From positions 5,520,001 through 5,584,000 of the forward strand of contig CM052818.1 in assembly GCA_028534125.1 (NCBI GenBank): a DNA stretch of 64,000 nucleotides, read 5' to 3'. Position numbers and translations under genes: made by a program. Source of the DNA: Lama glama. Taxonomy: Eukaryota. The notes under the pieces were generated by a model. It did no database searches. It was given only the letters and a program-made list of their open reading frames with translations, and was not told the origin of the DNA. This document shows positions 1-11,760 of the stretch, in pieces. Numbering within the stretch: the stretch's first letter is position 1; each line of letters starts with the position of its first letter.

Positions 1-1330
1 TAGAAAGTCTCCTAGGCATCACAGACAAAAGTGAATTCTCTCTTTTTCTTTCTTCTCACCCTCCTTAGAGATAAATACCACTTTAAAATTTTAATGATTC
101 TTTTAGAGACTAGGTATGAATATACCTACTAGGGCTTGCTTGTCATTTCCTCCAGTTAGGAACAATGCTGTGTAACTTTTTACGGCAGATTACCTAATAC
201 AATCCCCAGCACATTCGCAGGCATAAAAATCCATGATAATAAATGTTGATTTTGGACCTCTGTTCAAAAATTACCTAATATTTTTGCATATAGTATGTAA
301 AAATTATACCATGGACATGTATCTACAGAAGACTATAGATGCTTTTGATCCCAACTGCACTAGTTGGTTACTAAGCACACTTACTTCCCTGGAATCACCT
401 CTCTGCTAGGCCCATGCCCAGTACACCATGTGACTGTCTGGTTTTCCTCATCAAGCTTCACAGAGGGATTTAATCCTTTACCAGCTTTTGAAATTGAATG
501 ATTTCAGTTGTGCAAAAGTCCCAAATACATGAGTTTATGGATCAATAAAAGGAGCTCACAGTTTCTGCCTTTTCTGGTTTCACATCACAGTATACTGATT
601 TCAGTGAGTTATTTTGGGTTTTTACCTAATTGGTCTTTTACTTTAAGCTTCTTTCCATTGAAAACTCTAGAAAACAGTTTGTAAGAATTGAAATTGCCAG
701 AAAATTCAACCCTATAAATGAAAAAAAAATAAGCTGATAGAAAAAGTACGTATTTCTAGGTTGAATATCTGACTGGAAAGCAGGAATAAAGTAAAATTGT
801 TCAAGGTAAATTTCTGCATGTTGGACACTAGCAACCAACAATAAGCAAGACAATTCCTTATCATTAATGTTTATGGGTCTTTTTTTTTTTCCTAACAGGT
901 ACAGAATCTCAAGGCACTGAGGCAATTTTCCCTTTACAAAGTAGAATTAGCTTTTCATCCTCCTCCTGCCTCCCCGCATTAACCATCTCCCCAGCGGCTA
1001 CACACAAGAACCATTTATATTTACATTAAAAATGATTTGGCCTATGTACACTGCACTGTTTGACAGGAAAGATGGATGTTCATTTATAATTAAATTTCAG
1101 CATAAATGACATCATTCAGGAAGATAAGTGTTCCCTTATTCCCTCTCTGCTGGTTTTCTCATAGGACACTGTGGGTTGTGTGTAGACTTTGATGATTTTT
1201 CTAGACCTTCTCATCAATAGACACTTCTGCAGCAACTCAAGTTACCTCTGAAAATCAGAAGGAAATTTTTCCTAATTCATCAGGTATCTCTTGGTTTTTC
1301 ACTTCTGTACAAAGACGACGAGGTGTAGAG

Positions 1331-1495
1331 CCTCACTACTCAAAGTATGGTCTGTGGGCCAGTAATAGAGGCATTACCTGGAAACTTATCAGAAGTGGAG
1401 GATTTTATGGCCCCTCAGACCTGTGGAATCAAAATCTGTATTTAAAAAGTACCCCCAGATGAGTTTTCTGCATGTGACAGTTTGAGAAATGCTGG
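1331..1495 (+). mobile_element. MER5A1-like hAT-Charlie non-autonomous DNA transposon
   Basis: Runs ctactcaaagtatggtc...gcattacctggaaacttatcagaa...cagacctgtggaatcaaaatctgtatttaa...agtttgagaaatgctg, which follows the MER5A/MER5A1 consensus as I recall it. Confidence 0.8.
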
Positions 1496-1864
1496 CATAA
1501 GAGATATACATATATATGTCCAATGGGCAGCTTTGTGAATCGGATCCATTGTTTAGGTTTTTTCCTGCCTTTATGCATCAGGCTTTGAGGGCTAAGTTTT
1601 CAGACTTCCATATACTTATTCCCCTTACTGTAGTAAAAGAACTAGGAGAACTATAAGATTATTTTTGCCTTGGTAATTCTCATATTATTCTGTGCGGGCA
1701 ACCTAATCTTCCCATACTGAAGCTACAGGGCAGCAACCGTACAAGAGGGTATTATTCCGCCTCTACTGTATACTGAGTACATTTCAGATATTATACCACA
1801 TATGAAGGAGATGGTGTTACTAAGATGTGTAAGGCATCATCCCTGCCAACAAGAGGTATTTGTT

Positions 1865-2125
1865 TCTTTTCTGTTTATTTGTTCCTTGTCCGTCACCATC
1901 ACGGGACTGTAAACTCCAACAAGTCAGGAGTCGTGCTGTTCACTGTTGTTCCTGCGACTCCTTCCACAATGCCTAACACATGCTAGGTGCTCAAAAAATT
2001 TGTGTTCAATAGAAGAATGACTTTATACCATAGCAGAAAAAAACAGGATGCATATACAAATATTTAAAAGCCTGCCTAGCACATACTAAATGCTTAGTAA
2101 ACACATGTTCAATAGATGAATGACT
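1865..2125 (+). mobile_element. L2 LINE 3' end (partly duplicated)
   Basis: Contains gactgtaaactcc...ctgttcactgttg...tgcctaacacatgctaggtgctcaaaaaatttgtgttcaatagaagaatga, a typical L2 3' terminus. Confidence 0.7.
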
Positions 2126-2244
2126 TGACAAGATGGTAGGAAAAATAGTATGCTTATACAAATATCTAAAAGCCTGACATAATGAGTAAGAGTCATACAA
2201 CCACATTGTCCACACTATCCTCCACTTCTTTTAAACTGATCTGC

Positions 2245-4860
2245 CTAAAAAAGAACTTAACCAGTCCTTCACAAACATTTCAAAAAACAGAAGAGGAGGT
2301 AACACTGCTTACCTCATTCTATCAGGCTTGTGTTCTTCTGATATCAAAACCAGGCAGACACCCCAATAAAGGAAAACTAAATACCAATATACCTTATAAA
2401 TATATGCACAAAAATCCTCAACACAATGCAAATAAACCAAAGCCATCAACATGTAGAAAGGATTATACAGCATGACCAAATGCGATTTATTCCAAGAATA
2501 CAAGAATGGTTCAACATATGAATATCAATCAATGTAATATGCTACAGTACTAAATAAAGGACAAAAACCACATAATCAACTCAATTAATGTATCAAAAGC
2601 ACTTGACAAAAATCCAACATGCTCTTGTGATTAAAACACTCAACAAACTAAGAATAGAAAGGAACTTTCTCAAACTGATAAAAGAACTCTACAAAAAACC
2701 TACAGCTAATAATCATATTTAATTGTAAAAGACAGAAATATTACCCTCTATGATCACGAACAAGACAAGAATGTCCACTCTCACCATTTCTATTTATCAT
2801 TGTACTAGAGAGTCAAGCCAGGTCAATTAGGCAAAGAAGGAAGGAAGGAAGCAAGGAAGGAAGGAAGGGAGGGAGGAAGAGAAACAGAAAGAGAAACAGA
2901 GAAAGAGAAAGAGAGAGAGAAAGAAAGCAATCAATCAATCAATCCAGTTTGGAAAGAAAGAAAGAAAACTATATTTACAAATAACATGATCCTGTTTATT
3001 AAAAATCCTAAGGAATCCATAAAATAACTACTAGGACAATAAACAAGTTCAGTAACATTGCATGGTACAAGATCAACATATAAAAAAAAAATAAGGTGTG
3101 TATCTATACACTAACAATGAACAATCTGAAAATGGAATTAAGAAAACAATTCCACTTGAAATAACATTAAAAAAATACTTAGGGATAAATTTAATAAGAA
3201 AAATGCAATACTTACACTGAAAACTACAAACATGACAAAGGAAATTAAATAAGACCTAAATAAATGGAAAGACATCCTGTGTTCATGGATTGGAAGACTA
3301 GATGGCAATGCTCTCCAAATTCATCTAGAGATTCCAACAATATTTATCAAATCCCAGTTACTTTTTTTTTTTTAGAGAAATGGACAAGCTGAACCCAAAG
3401 TGCATACAGAAATACAAGGCAATCAGAATAAGCAAAACAATCTTTAAAAAGGATTTCTTCCCAATTTCAAAACTTCCTATAATGCTACAATAATCAAGTT
3501 GTGTGATACTGGAATAAAGTTAGACATACAGATCCATGAAATAGAACTGAGTGTCTAGAAATAAACCTATACATTTATGGTCAATTGATTGTTGCCAAGA
3601 CAATTTAAAGGGGGGAAAATAGTCTTTTCAATAAATGGTTCTGGGACAACTGGATATCCATATGAAAAGAATGAAGATGGACACCTACTTCACACCATAT
3701 ACACCAAAATAGACCAAAACCCGAAATATAACAGCTAAAGCTATATAGCTCTTAGATGGGGAAAAAAAAAGGTGTAAATCTTTATGACCGTGGATTAGGC
3801 AAAAGTTTCCTAGATATGACACCAAAAACACAAAGAACAACAACACAAAGATAATAGATAAACTAGAATTTAAACTTCTGTGCCTCAAAGGGCACGATCA
3901 AGAAAATGAAAAAAATCCAAAGAATGAGAGAAAATATTTGCAAATAATATATATTATAAAAGACTAGTGTCCAGAATATATAGAGAACATTTACAACTCA
4001 ACAATAAAAATACAAAGAACTCAATTAAAATGGGCAAAGGATTTGAACAGACAATTTTTCAAAGATGATATGCAGATGGCCAAAAAGCAAATGAGAAGAA
4101 TTTCAACATCACCAGCCATCAGGGGACTGCAAATCAAAATCACAAGATAACAACTGTCATTTACTTGGACAACAATAATAAAAAATTTAAAAACCCAGAA
4201 AATAACAAATATTAGCAAGGATGTGGAAAACTGGTGCCCTCCCACACGGCTGGCAGAATATAAAATGCTACTGCCACTTTAGAAAAGTTTGTCACTTCTG
4301 CAAAAAGTTGAGCATAATGTTACCATGTGACTCAGCAATTCCACTCCCAGCCATATATCCAAGAAAATTAAAATAAGTCCACACAAAGCTTGTTCCTAAA
4401 TGTTCATAGCAGCATTTTTTTTATCATAGCCAAAAAAATAGAAACAACGAATGAATAAAGAAAATATTGTATATACATACAGTGGAATATAATTTAGCCA
4501 TAAAAATGAATGAGATACTGATCTATGCTACAACATGGATGAATCTTGAAAATTCTGCTAAATCAAAGTAGCTGGATATAAAAGACCACCCATTGTGTAA
4601 TTCCATTTATTTGAAATGTCTAGAATAAGCAACTCACAGAGACAAGAAGGCTAGTTAGTGGTTTCCAGAAACTTGGTAGAGGGGGAATGAGTGCAGCTGC
4701 TAATGGTTAGAGAGATCTTTTTGGGGTGATGAAAACATTCTGGAATTATAGAGTGATAATGGTTACACAACTTTGTGAATATGCCCCCCAAAAACACTGA
4801 ACTGTACACTTCAAAAGGTGAATTTTGTGGTAAATGAATTATATCTCAATTTAAGTAAGA
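2245..4860 (+). mobile_element. Old L1 (L1MB/L1MC-like): decayed ORF2 3' half plus 3' UTR
   Basis: ORF2 hallmarks are present (catgaccaa...tttattccaagaatacaagaatggttcaacat; aaataaatggaaagacatcctgtgttcatggattggaagact; caacatggatgaatcttgaaa). It ends in an L1M-type 3' end (gatgaaaacattctggaatta...aattatatctcaat) and has many stops. Confidence 0.92.
2835..2945. repeat. (GGAA)n/(GA)n/(CAAT)n simple repeat inside the L1
   Basis: Seen directly. Confidence 0.9.
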
Positions 4861-4889
4861 ACCTGAATGGAAAAAAGTTAATAATTTCC

Positions 4890-5030
4890 CCTTTTTTTGT
4901 TTGTTTTCTCCTTTTTCCAGGGGGGTGACCGATTGATTGATTTTTAGAAGAGGTACTGGGGATTGAACCTAGGACCTTCTTGATCGTGCCCTTTGAGGCA
5001 CACACTCTACCACTGAGCTATATCCACCCC
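4890..5030 (-). mobile_element. Camelid-type tRNA-derived SINE with an altered internal segment
   Basis: The reverse complement reads ggggtggatatagctcagtggtagag...ggtcctaggttcaatccccagtacctc (Pol III A and B boxes), followed by an A-rich tail. Confidence 0.88.
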
Positions 5031-5041
5031 ATGCCCCACCC

Positions 5042-5160
5042 ATTGAATTTTGAAGTAAATCCCAGAGATCACATCACATTATCTACACATATTTCAGTAG
5101 GGAATCTCTAAAAGAAAAAGAAAAGATGAGGACTTTTTTCTTAACATAACCCCAGTCACG
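5042..5160 (-). mobile_element. L1MC-like 3' UTR fragment
   Basis: aagtaaatcccagagatcacatcac...atatttcagtag...ctctaaaag...gaggacttttttcttaacataacc resembles the recalled L1MC4/5 3' UTR. Confidence 0.5.
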
Positions 5161-6839
5161 GCAACCTTAGAAGATTTTATTTTCTCTGACCTCTCCAAAA
5201 AAGTTGCTTATTCTATTTATAATCGTATTTTGACTATATGTTCCTCTGGAATTTGGGGGACTAACAATCCAATCTAATCAAAGACTGGGCTTTAAAATCT
5301 AATCTATCTATATATATGACCTTAGTTTGACTAGGTCTGTTGGTTCCAGGGGGAGAAAAAGACAAAAGGCAAAAGACACAAAAAACTCGCAACAACAAAC
5401 TTACCTCTTAATTAGACACTTGAAAAGGGAAAAATTAAGAAAAAAGTCATTGGTAACACTCCCATTTTTCCCTCTCAAATGCTATTTCATGTTTCCCACA
5501 GTTATTTATTTTGAACCAAATCCCAATATTTAGAAACTGTGATCCAAATACTAGAATTTCACATTTTAGATAATAATACATTTGTTGATTTGCTACTTGG
5601 AGTGCCTCTTAACTTCCCAGCTCAAAATCTATGGAACATCTCTGCATATATGTACTCAAAAAATACAATAAAAGTAATCTTTTAATAATTGTGATGCACT
5701 TGGGGATTATCTGGTGCCTTTGTTGACATATGTCTGACTTTTGCTTTCAGTACCAGGCCTCAAGCTTCCCTCTGGAGGTACATCCAACTACCTATTAGGG
5801 AGGAGAGCATGTGTTTAATCCAAGTTTAGAGCCCACTAATGCTTTGTAGGTATAGGGTTACAAACCAACTTGAATCTTTTGGTGTTCAACTTTGTTTGTT
5901 CTTGGCAAAGCTCAAAAAACTTAACGGGGCTCAAAAGATTTCTTGGACATGGACTTGAAGAAAAAGTATTTTGATGAGCAAAGCATAAATGAACCAGAAC
6001 CCATATGGATCAAATTTTCCTCAAAATGCACATGGGTTTAATAATTAATGGAAAAAGTGCTTCTAGCATGCATTTGGGGTTTTATCAAACCCCAAATATT
6101 TGGGAAAAAATAGTTTGATAAGTTCAAAGAACCCAAACTCTGATTTGATGCACCCACATTAATATCACTTGATGTTGAATAAAAATGAGAACTATTTAGG
6201 TGTAATAGAAAACAGAGGCAGAACTTGTTCAAAAATTATGTGAATGAAAGAAAATAACATTAATGCTACAAAGTTCATCTTTGTTCATATTTGTTTTCTT
6301 AAACCCTTCTTTTGAGAATATCCAAGAATCTTAACTATACTCTCTCTTAGCATATTAAGGGTTTTGAAAGAAATTATTGATTGCAGTTGAAACAGAAAAA
6401 AAAAACTGAATGAAATCCTTTGAGATACATAATATGTCATGAAATTTTCTAAGTTATTTGCAAATGTTTCTGCCAGTATCAATAAATCCCTAAAATTACA
6501 GGATAAACTGAATTAATTAAAGAATGGTACTATGTATTTAGAAGTTCCTGGAAGTTGTGTTTTTGAATTCACAGTAGTGCTGCTGTGTATCTTAGCAAAA
6601 TTTAATTTTACCTCTTTTCCACAAGTCAATTACATTCAGTTATAAGGACATTTTCTCAGCAGAACCTGAACATTTAAACTTCACGTACATTTTAGTATGT
6701 TTGTATCTCAAGGAATCCCCCCAATCTTGAAGAATTTTATCTGTTGAGCATTTGAACCTTCTATAAATCTTGAATCAATCACAAAAATGTCACTGTGTTT
6801 TCTCTTTTTCAGATTGTTCAATTTACTTAAACTAGAAAA

Positions 6840-7815
6840 CAACATAAATAATTTACCCATTCCTCTCACCCCCACTACCCCACCCTCGCCTCTGGCAACC
6901 ACCAATCTGTTCTTTGTATCTACAAGCTTGGTTGTTGTTTCTTTTTATTTTTAGCATATATATTTTTTGTATTTCACGTATGAGATAGATAGCATATGGT
7001 GTATTTCTTTCCCTGTCTGACTTATTTCACTTAGCATAATGCTCTTGAGGTCCATCCATGTAATTACAAATGGCAAGATTTCATTCATTTCTATGGCTGA
7101 ATTATACATATATATATATATATATATGCCACAATTTCTTCATTTATCCACTGATGGATACTTAGCTGTCTTGGCTATATAAATAATGCTGCAATGAACA
7201 CAGGGTGTATTTTTTTTTAATTAATGCTTGCATTTTATTTGGATAAATACTCAGAAGTGGACTTGCTGGATCTTATGGTAGGTCTATTTTTTATTTTTTG
7301 AGGAACTTCCATACTGTTTTCCACAGTGACTACACAAATTTACATCCCCACCAAGAATGCACAAGAGTTCCCTTTTTTCCACATTCTCCTCAACACTTTT
7401 TATTTCTAGTCTTTTTGATAATAACCTTTTTAACAAGTGCTGGATGATATCTCATTGTGGTTTTGATTTGCATCACGCTGATGATTAACGATGCAGAGTA
7501 TCGTTCTATGCACCTGTTGTGTCTATGTTGTGATATGTGTCCTATCTATGTGTCTTCTTTGGAAAAATGTCTATTCAGATCTTCTGCCCATTTTTTATCA
7601 GATTGTCTCTTTTTTTTGGCTATTAAGTTGGATGAGTTCTTTATGCATCTTGGAGGTTAGCCCCTTACCAGATACAGGATTTGTAAATATTTTTTCCCAT
7701 TCAGTAGCTTGCCTTTTCATTCTATTCATGGTTTCCTTTGTTGTGCAGAAGCTTTTCAGTATGAGGTAGTCCTACTTGTTTATTTTTGCTTTTTGCTTTT
7801 GCTTTTGATGTCAGA
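6840..7815 (-). mobile_element. L1 3' end (end of ORF2 plus 3' UTR), antisense
   Basis: Contains ctctggcaaccaccaatctgttct, cttatttcacttagcataatgctcttgaggtccatccatg, ctcattgtggttttgatttgcat and gtcttctttggaaaaatgtctattcagatcttctgcccattttt. Confidence 0.92.
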
Positions 7816-8087
7816 TTCAAAACATCCTAGTTCCCTGAGGTGTAAAGTTAGTTTTTTTAATCTGAGACTTATTTCTTGAGGGAGGCATATATTGCTGAGA
7901 ACTGTGTTTTTTTATGTAGGCTTTGGGGTTACTATAGAAAATAACAGTTAACACACTTTCAGACAATGACCAAGGAAATTTAACATGACTTTCAGATAAA
8001 TTTGAGTAGGACACATCAGACCAATAAAATTAAGTCCGAATTATCTTACCCTCTACCTCCTTAAGAAGCTATTGAATTTTCTGAATT

Positions 8088-8172
8088 ATTTTACATTTAG
8101 TTTACTAATTTTACATTCAGTTTACATTCAGTTTTACATAGTTTACATTCAGTTTACATAATTTAACCTTCA
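8088..8172. repeat. Degenerate ~11-bp tandem repeat (tttacattcag)
   Basis: Several imperfect copies of tttacattcag are seen directly. Confidence 0.8.
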
Positions 8173-10266
8173 GTTGAAATTCTACAGAAAACAGTTAATG
8201 ATCTATCCTTTTTTACACCTATATACCTATAAAAAGTTACATAAAATGAGTAATATTGCAGCAAGGACAGTAAACTACAAGAATTTCTTAAGAGAAAAAG
8301 TACTTTCACCATGAAAAATGAAAATTTAGATTTTCATTTGTTGTTGTTACTGTTTTAAAAATACAATAAGGAGAGAGAAGGAAAAATTTTACCATCTTTC
8401 CTCATAGAAGCAAAGCTTGATGTCTTGGGAAACATTCATGTTTGGGTATTTCTCTGTCACTTTCTTTGACCTGTGGGCCAGCAAGTCACAAGCCTTAAGA
8501 AGTGAGTCCTCAGAACAGATTGCCCTAAAGATAGAAGAACTCTATTATGACTTGGATAACAGTGCGCTCCAACCAAATACAGTTGCTTGGAACCATTTAT
8601 GGACGAGCTATAATGAACTGAATGCTATCACCACTCCAGTTTTTCTTCCTCCTCATGCTCTGACACACAAGAAACCTATTGTAGAAGGCAGCCCTGTAGG
8701 CTGCCAGAAACCCAGCAAAGCCATATTAACGAAACGACCCTTTATGATGCAAGCTTATTTATATTCAGTGAAGTAGGTTACTGACAATTTGGTCATTAAT
8801 TTGCTGTTTATAAATCGTATTTTCCTTGTGTAGTAATCACAAGACTTTGACATTCACGGTTGTGTTGAAAGAAACAAGCTTATTAAAGAAGGCGAAAGAA
8901 AAAAAAAGATTGGCTCCTTAAAGTTCACCAAATTGCACATGTCAGCCACTAAGTAAAATTCTGGACTTGAAAAATAGCAAAACGCCTAGTGCATGGGAAA
9001 AAGAAGAGAACACCGCTGTGTATTCAGCTCGCATGTAGAAGGGGAATCAGAGCAGCAAAGAAAATCTCCGTATTCCAACCCCTAAAGAAACATAATCCAG
9101 AGTTTATATCAGATGGTTTATGGGAGTTTATTGGAATATACAACAGGGTTCATGTCGTGTGTCACAAGGTGAAGCCTGTTCGCTGGTGATTTACAAGCCG
9201 CATGTGCCGGAGTTACTGTAATTTATAGAACGCAGATGGTCCTGGGGTGCCCTGCTGACTTGTAGCTGAATCAGGACCTAAGCCCCGTGTGTCATCTGCT
9301 CAGGGTACTTCAGGCTCACTTCCAAAATTACGCACCGACATATTTCTGTTCTGCACTGGAAGATTCCAGAGACCCTTACTTTGTAACAGATGCAGCTAAA
9401 ATGTGCACTGCAGTGGAGGTCGAGTTAGACTAGGAAGAGACCTGATTTTTTTCTCCCTCTGCCCAAAGAAAGGTGGTTTCAGTCTGTTAACTTCCTTGGG
9501 CAGTTTTCATCAATAGGTTTGTCACCACTCTGTTGTTAACAGGGAAATAAGATGCTGCACTTCTTTTTGAAGGCGTCCAAATTGTCTATCTTGGCTACCC
9601 GCTCCCCAACCCTAAAAGTGGTTGAAAAGGAAAAGAAGACGACTGAGATATTTAAAACTTTTGCCTATTTCTGATACAAAGTGGCTAAAAGCCTCCTTCC
9701 CTAGACACCTTCAAAACTGTTACATAATTGTCTTTATTACAAATCCTCTTTATTACCTCAAAGGATGTGATTCAGAAAGATGGCATAATAACATGAGACG
9801 GATGTTTACAGAGTCTAATGTAAATGGATTGACCTTTTTCAAAAGATGGTTTGATCAGCACTTTAATTCACAAATTAAGGCACACGTGTTGGTTTTGAGC
9901 CGGCTTTCAGTACCTTCATTTGAAGTTTCTAGCACTCCTTGTTCTGGTGCTAACGTATTTCATGTTGCGTTTGAACCTCTGTTGGCCAAGGGGCAGTTAG
10001 AGAAGAAAGGACCCTTGAAGTTCCATTTGTGCTGCTCAGACATCTCCCTTTGAGCCTTTTATTGAGAAATTGAGTTGAACAATCCGGCAATCACAAACAT
10101 GTGCCTTAATAACGTGTTCCAGCACGCACGCGCACTGCCACCAAGAGCTCTGATTTCACCAGGCCAGCCGGCCCTCACAGCCCCAGGAACAGCAGAAAGG
10201 ACACGAAAAAGTTATTTCCAGTGAATCCTTGCATAGTTCAGTGGGAAATGCAGGAACCCAACCTCC

Positions 10267-10585
10267 AGAACTGCCCAATATAAACATCGTGTGAACCACG
10301 GATGTCATTCTCAATTTCCTAGTAGCCACCCTCAAAAAAGTAAAAAGCAACAGGTGAAATTAAACAATAATATATTCTGATACAACTCAGTATACCCCAA
10401 ATAATATTACTCAACAAGTAATTAATATTCCAAGTATCACTGAGATATTTTACTTTTTTTTTGTACTGACATCTTTAAAATCTGATGTGTTCTGTACGCT
10501 TACAGCGCATCTGAATTCAGACTAGCCCTAGTTCTAGTGCTCATCAGCCACATGCGACTGGAAGCTACACTACTGCCCAGTGCAC
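10267..10585 (+). mobile_element. MER33 hAT-Charlie DNA transposon
   Basis: Runs ctgcccaatataaac...tttcctagtagccacc.tcaaaaaagtaaaaag.aacaggtgaaattaa...gagatattttac...cttacagcgcatctgaattcagactagcc...gtgctcatcagccacatg, and the ~320 bp length matches MER33. Confidence 0.85.
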
Positions 10586-11384
10586 TTCGAGAGTGTTTCT
10601 CCCACGAAGACATTGATCTAGAAAACCTGAAACATAACCTGAAATACAACTCGTGTGGCCTTTTCCATAAGAAACAACCATTCAGACATGTTTTCACACA
10701 TGAAAAACATGTATGTATGCAGAGTGTGTGCAATCATTGTTTTCTTATCGAGCAAAAGGGAAGGAGTCCGAGAGGAGAACCAGGAGGGCCGTAATGGAAA
10801 TAAAATTGACAGCCTCTCAAAACTCAGGTGGCACTTTCCTTTTCCAGTTAATTACGGTTTTAATTACACCGCTTCTTGCGACTCCTTGATACCTAATAAA
10901 CCAGACTCTTTGGGGCAGCCAAGTTGAGTTTTGCTTGAACTGCAGGTGTAACACTCTGCGTGAAACATAAATCAACTTCTTAAACACGCTCCCAAGGTGT
11001 GTTCAAGCCTTTTCTTCCTGTTTGCCTGTAAAATCACATCTTTTCACCGTTGTTGGCAGAGAAATGATTGAAGCAGCTAGGAGCTGAATGATGGCTTTGT
11101 GTTTCTGTCTCCCTTGGCCTGGCATAAAACATTTTGCCTCCGATGAAACAGAATAAAAAAAAATAATTTGTTTTTTTCTCTCTCTCAGTCTTATGAATAA
11201 TATATACTCCTAAATATTGACTGTTTCATTTAAGAAAATAAATACCTGTTAGGGAAAATAAAAATGAAGTCCCTAGGAATACATTAGGATTTCCGGTTTA
11301 AGTGTTTGGGACCCATGAGATAATGAGAGATACATTTATTCCAAGAAAGTGCGGTGTGAGGTCACTCCAGTTCAAACACAGTAG

Positions 11385-11760
11385 AGCCTGGACCAATGGT
11401 GGCCTGGGGCTCTGCCGCCATGGTTAACACTGAAGGGGCGAAGCGTTCCTGACGTTCTCATTGGCTGAAAACCGCGCAGCATCTGATGGCATTATGAGCA
11501 GCTTGCAATTTAGCCTCAGCAGCAGGAAAATCTGCACTTGATCAGCTCTGCCATAATCAGTAAACGTCACCATGGTAAATGTGGATTTCAGTGGACAGTT
11601 CTGCAGTGCCTAGTGATAATTCTGCCAGTTCTCCCTCCCCTTCTCCTCCATCCATAAAGAGAAAGCGCAACATATGGTATTTGCATGTTATCACAAAACA
11701 TGAGATACTGGGTGAAATAAATTACGTGTGAACGGGGGTTAGCCCATAATTTCTAGTAAT
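11385..11760. promoter_or_regulatory. Candidate regulatory element with RFX X-box-like and CCAAT motifs
   Basis: gccgccatggttaac (11414-11428), gtcaccatggtaaat (11566-11580), ccaat (~11393), attgg (~11460) and octamer atttgcat (11679-11686), with locally retained CpGs. Confidence 0.4.

Larger units (their letters stand above)
5170..8660 (-). pseudogene. Decayed hAT-superfamily transposase coding sequence (many stops and frameshifts, split by an L1 at ~6840-7815)
   Basis: Manual minus-strand translation gives hAT-like motifs in the expected order: SLLKACDLL (8479-8505); EKYPNMNVSQDIKL (~8413-8454, cf. MFPDS.IA..F); FIFHGEST.SLKK (G at 8308-8310, cf. catalytic DEST); LSESHVKFPWSLSESVLT..SNPKAYI (in ORF 7817-8014, cf. 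IPW.NL.S...DS..YM); HLRELGC (7822-7842, cf. CxxH region); FFKIGGIP*D (~6705-6735, cf. FFK.S..RRED); LLRKCPYN*M (~6633-6665, cf. TRW); SDINVGA (~6150-6170); SKYWDLVQNK (~5506-5535); LIFPFSSV*LRGKF (~5398-5440, cf. hATC LP.SNA.VERGFS); PQIPEEHIVKIR (~5223-5258). Reference motifs are recalled, not searched. Confidence 0.62.

Noticed and set aside
380..925. Minus-strand ORF 638-925 and an exon-like segment (ag...gtaagt at ~380-627) as a coding exon or a second transposase C-terminus
   Set aside because: The exon-like segment has stops in all three frames. The resemblance to hAT motifs is weak, and a better hATC match already lies at ~5400-5440.
2182..4245. ORFs within 2.2-4.3 kb and 7457-7769 as genes
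   Set aside because: They are fragments of decayed L1 ORF2 or its antisense strand.
6690..8470. Spliced host-gene model joining an apparent exon at ~8392-8470 to one at ~6690-6831 (MNVSQDIKL...LSKLNNLKK)
   Set aside because: The join is in frame but hits a stop at 6708. Transposase-like motifs continue through the supposed intron, so one decayed ORF split by an L1 explains it better.
8417..10053. Plus-strand ORFs 8417-8776 (119 aa) and 9622-10053 (143 aa)
   Set aside because: Both have non-ATG starts, no recognisable domain and no supporting splice structure, and their lengths are compatible with chance.
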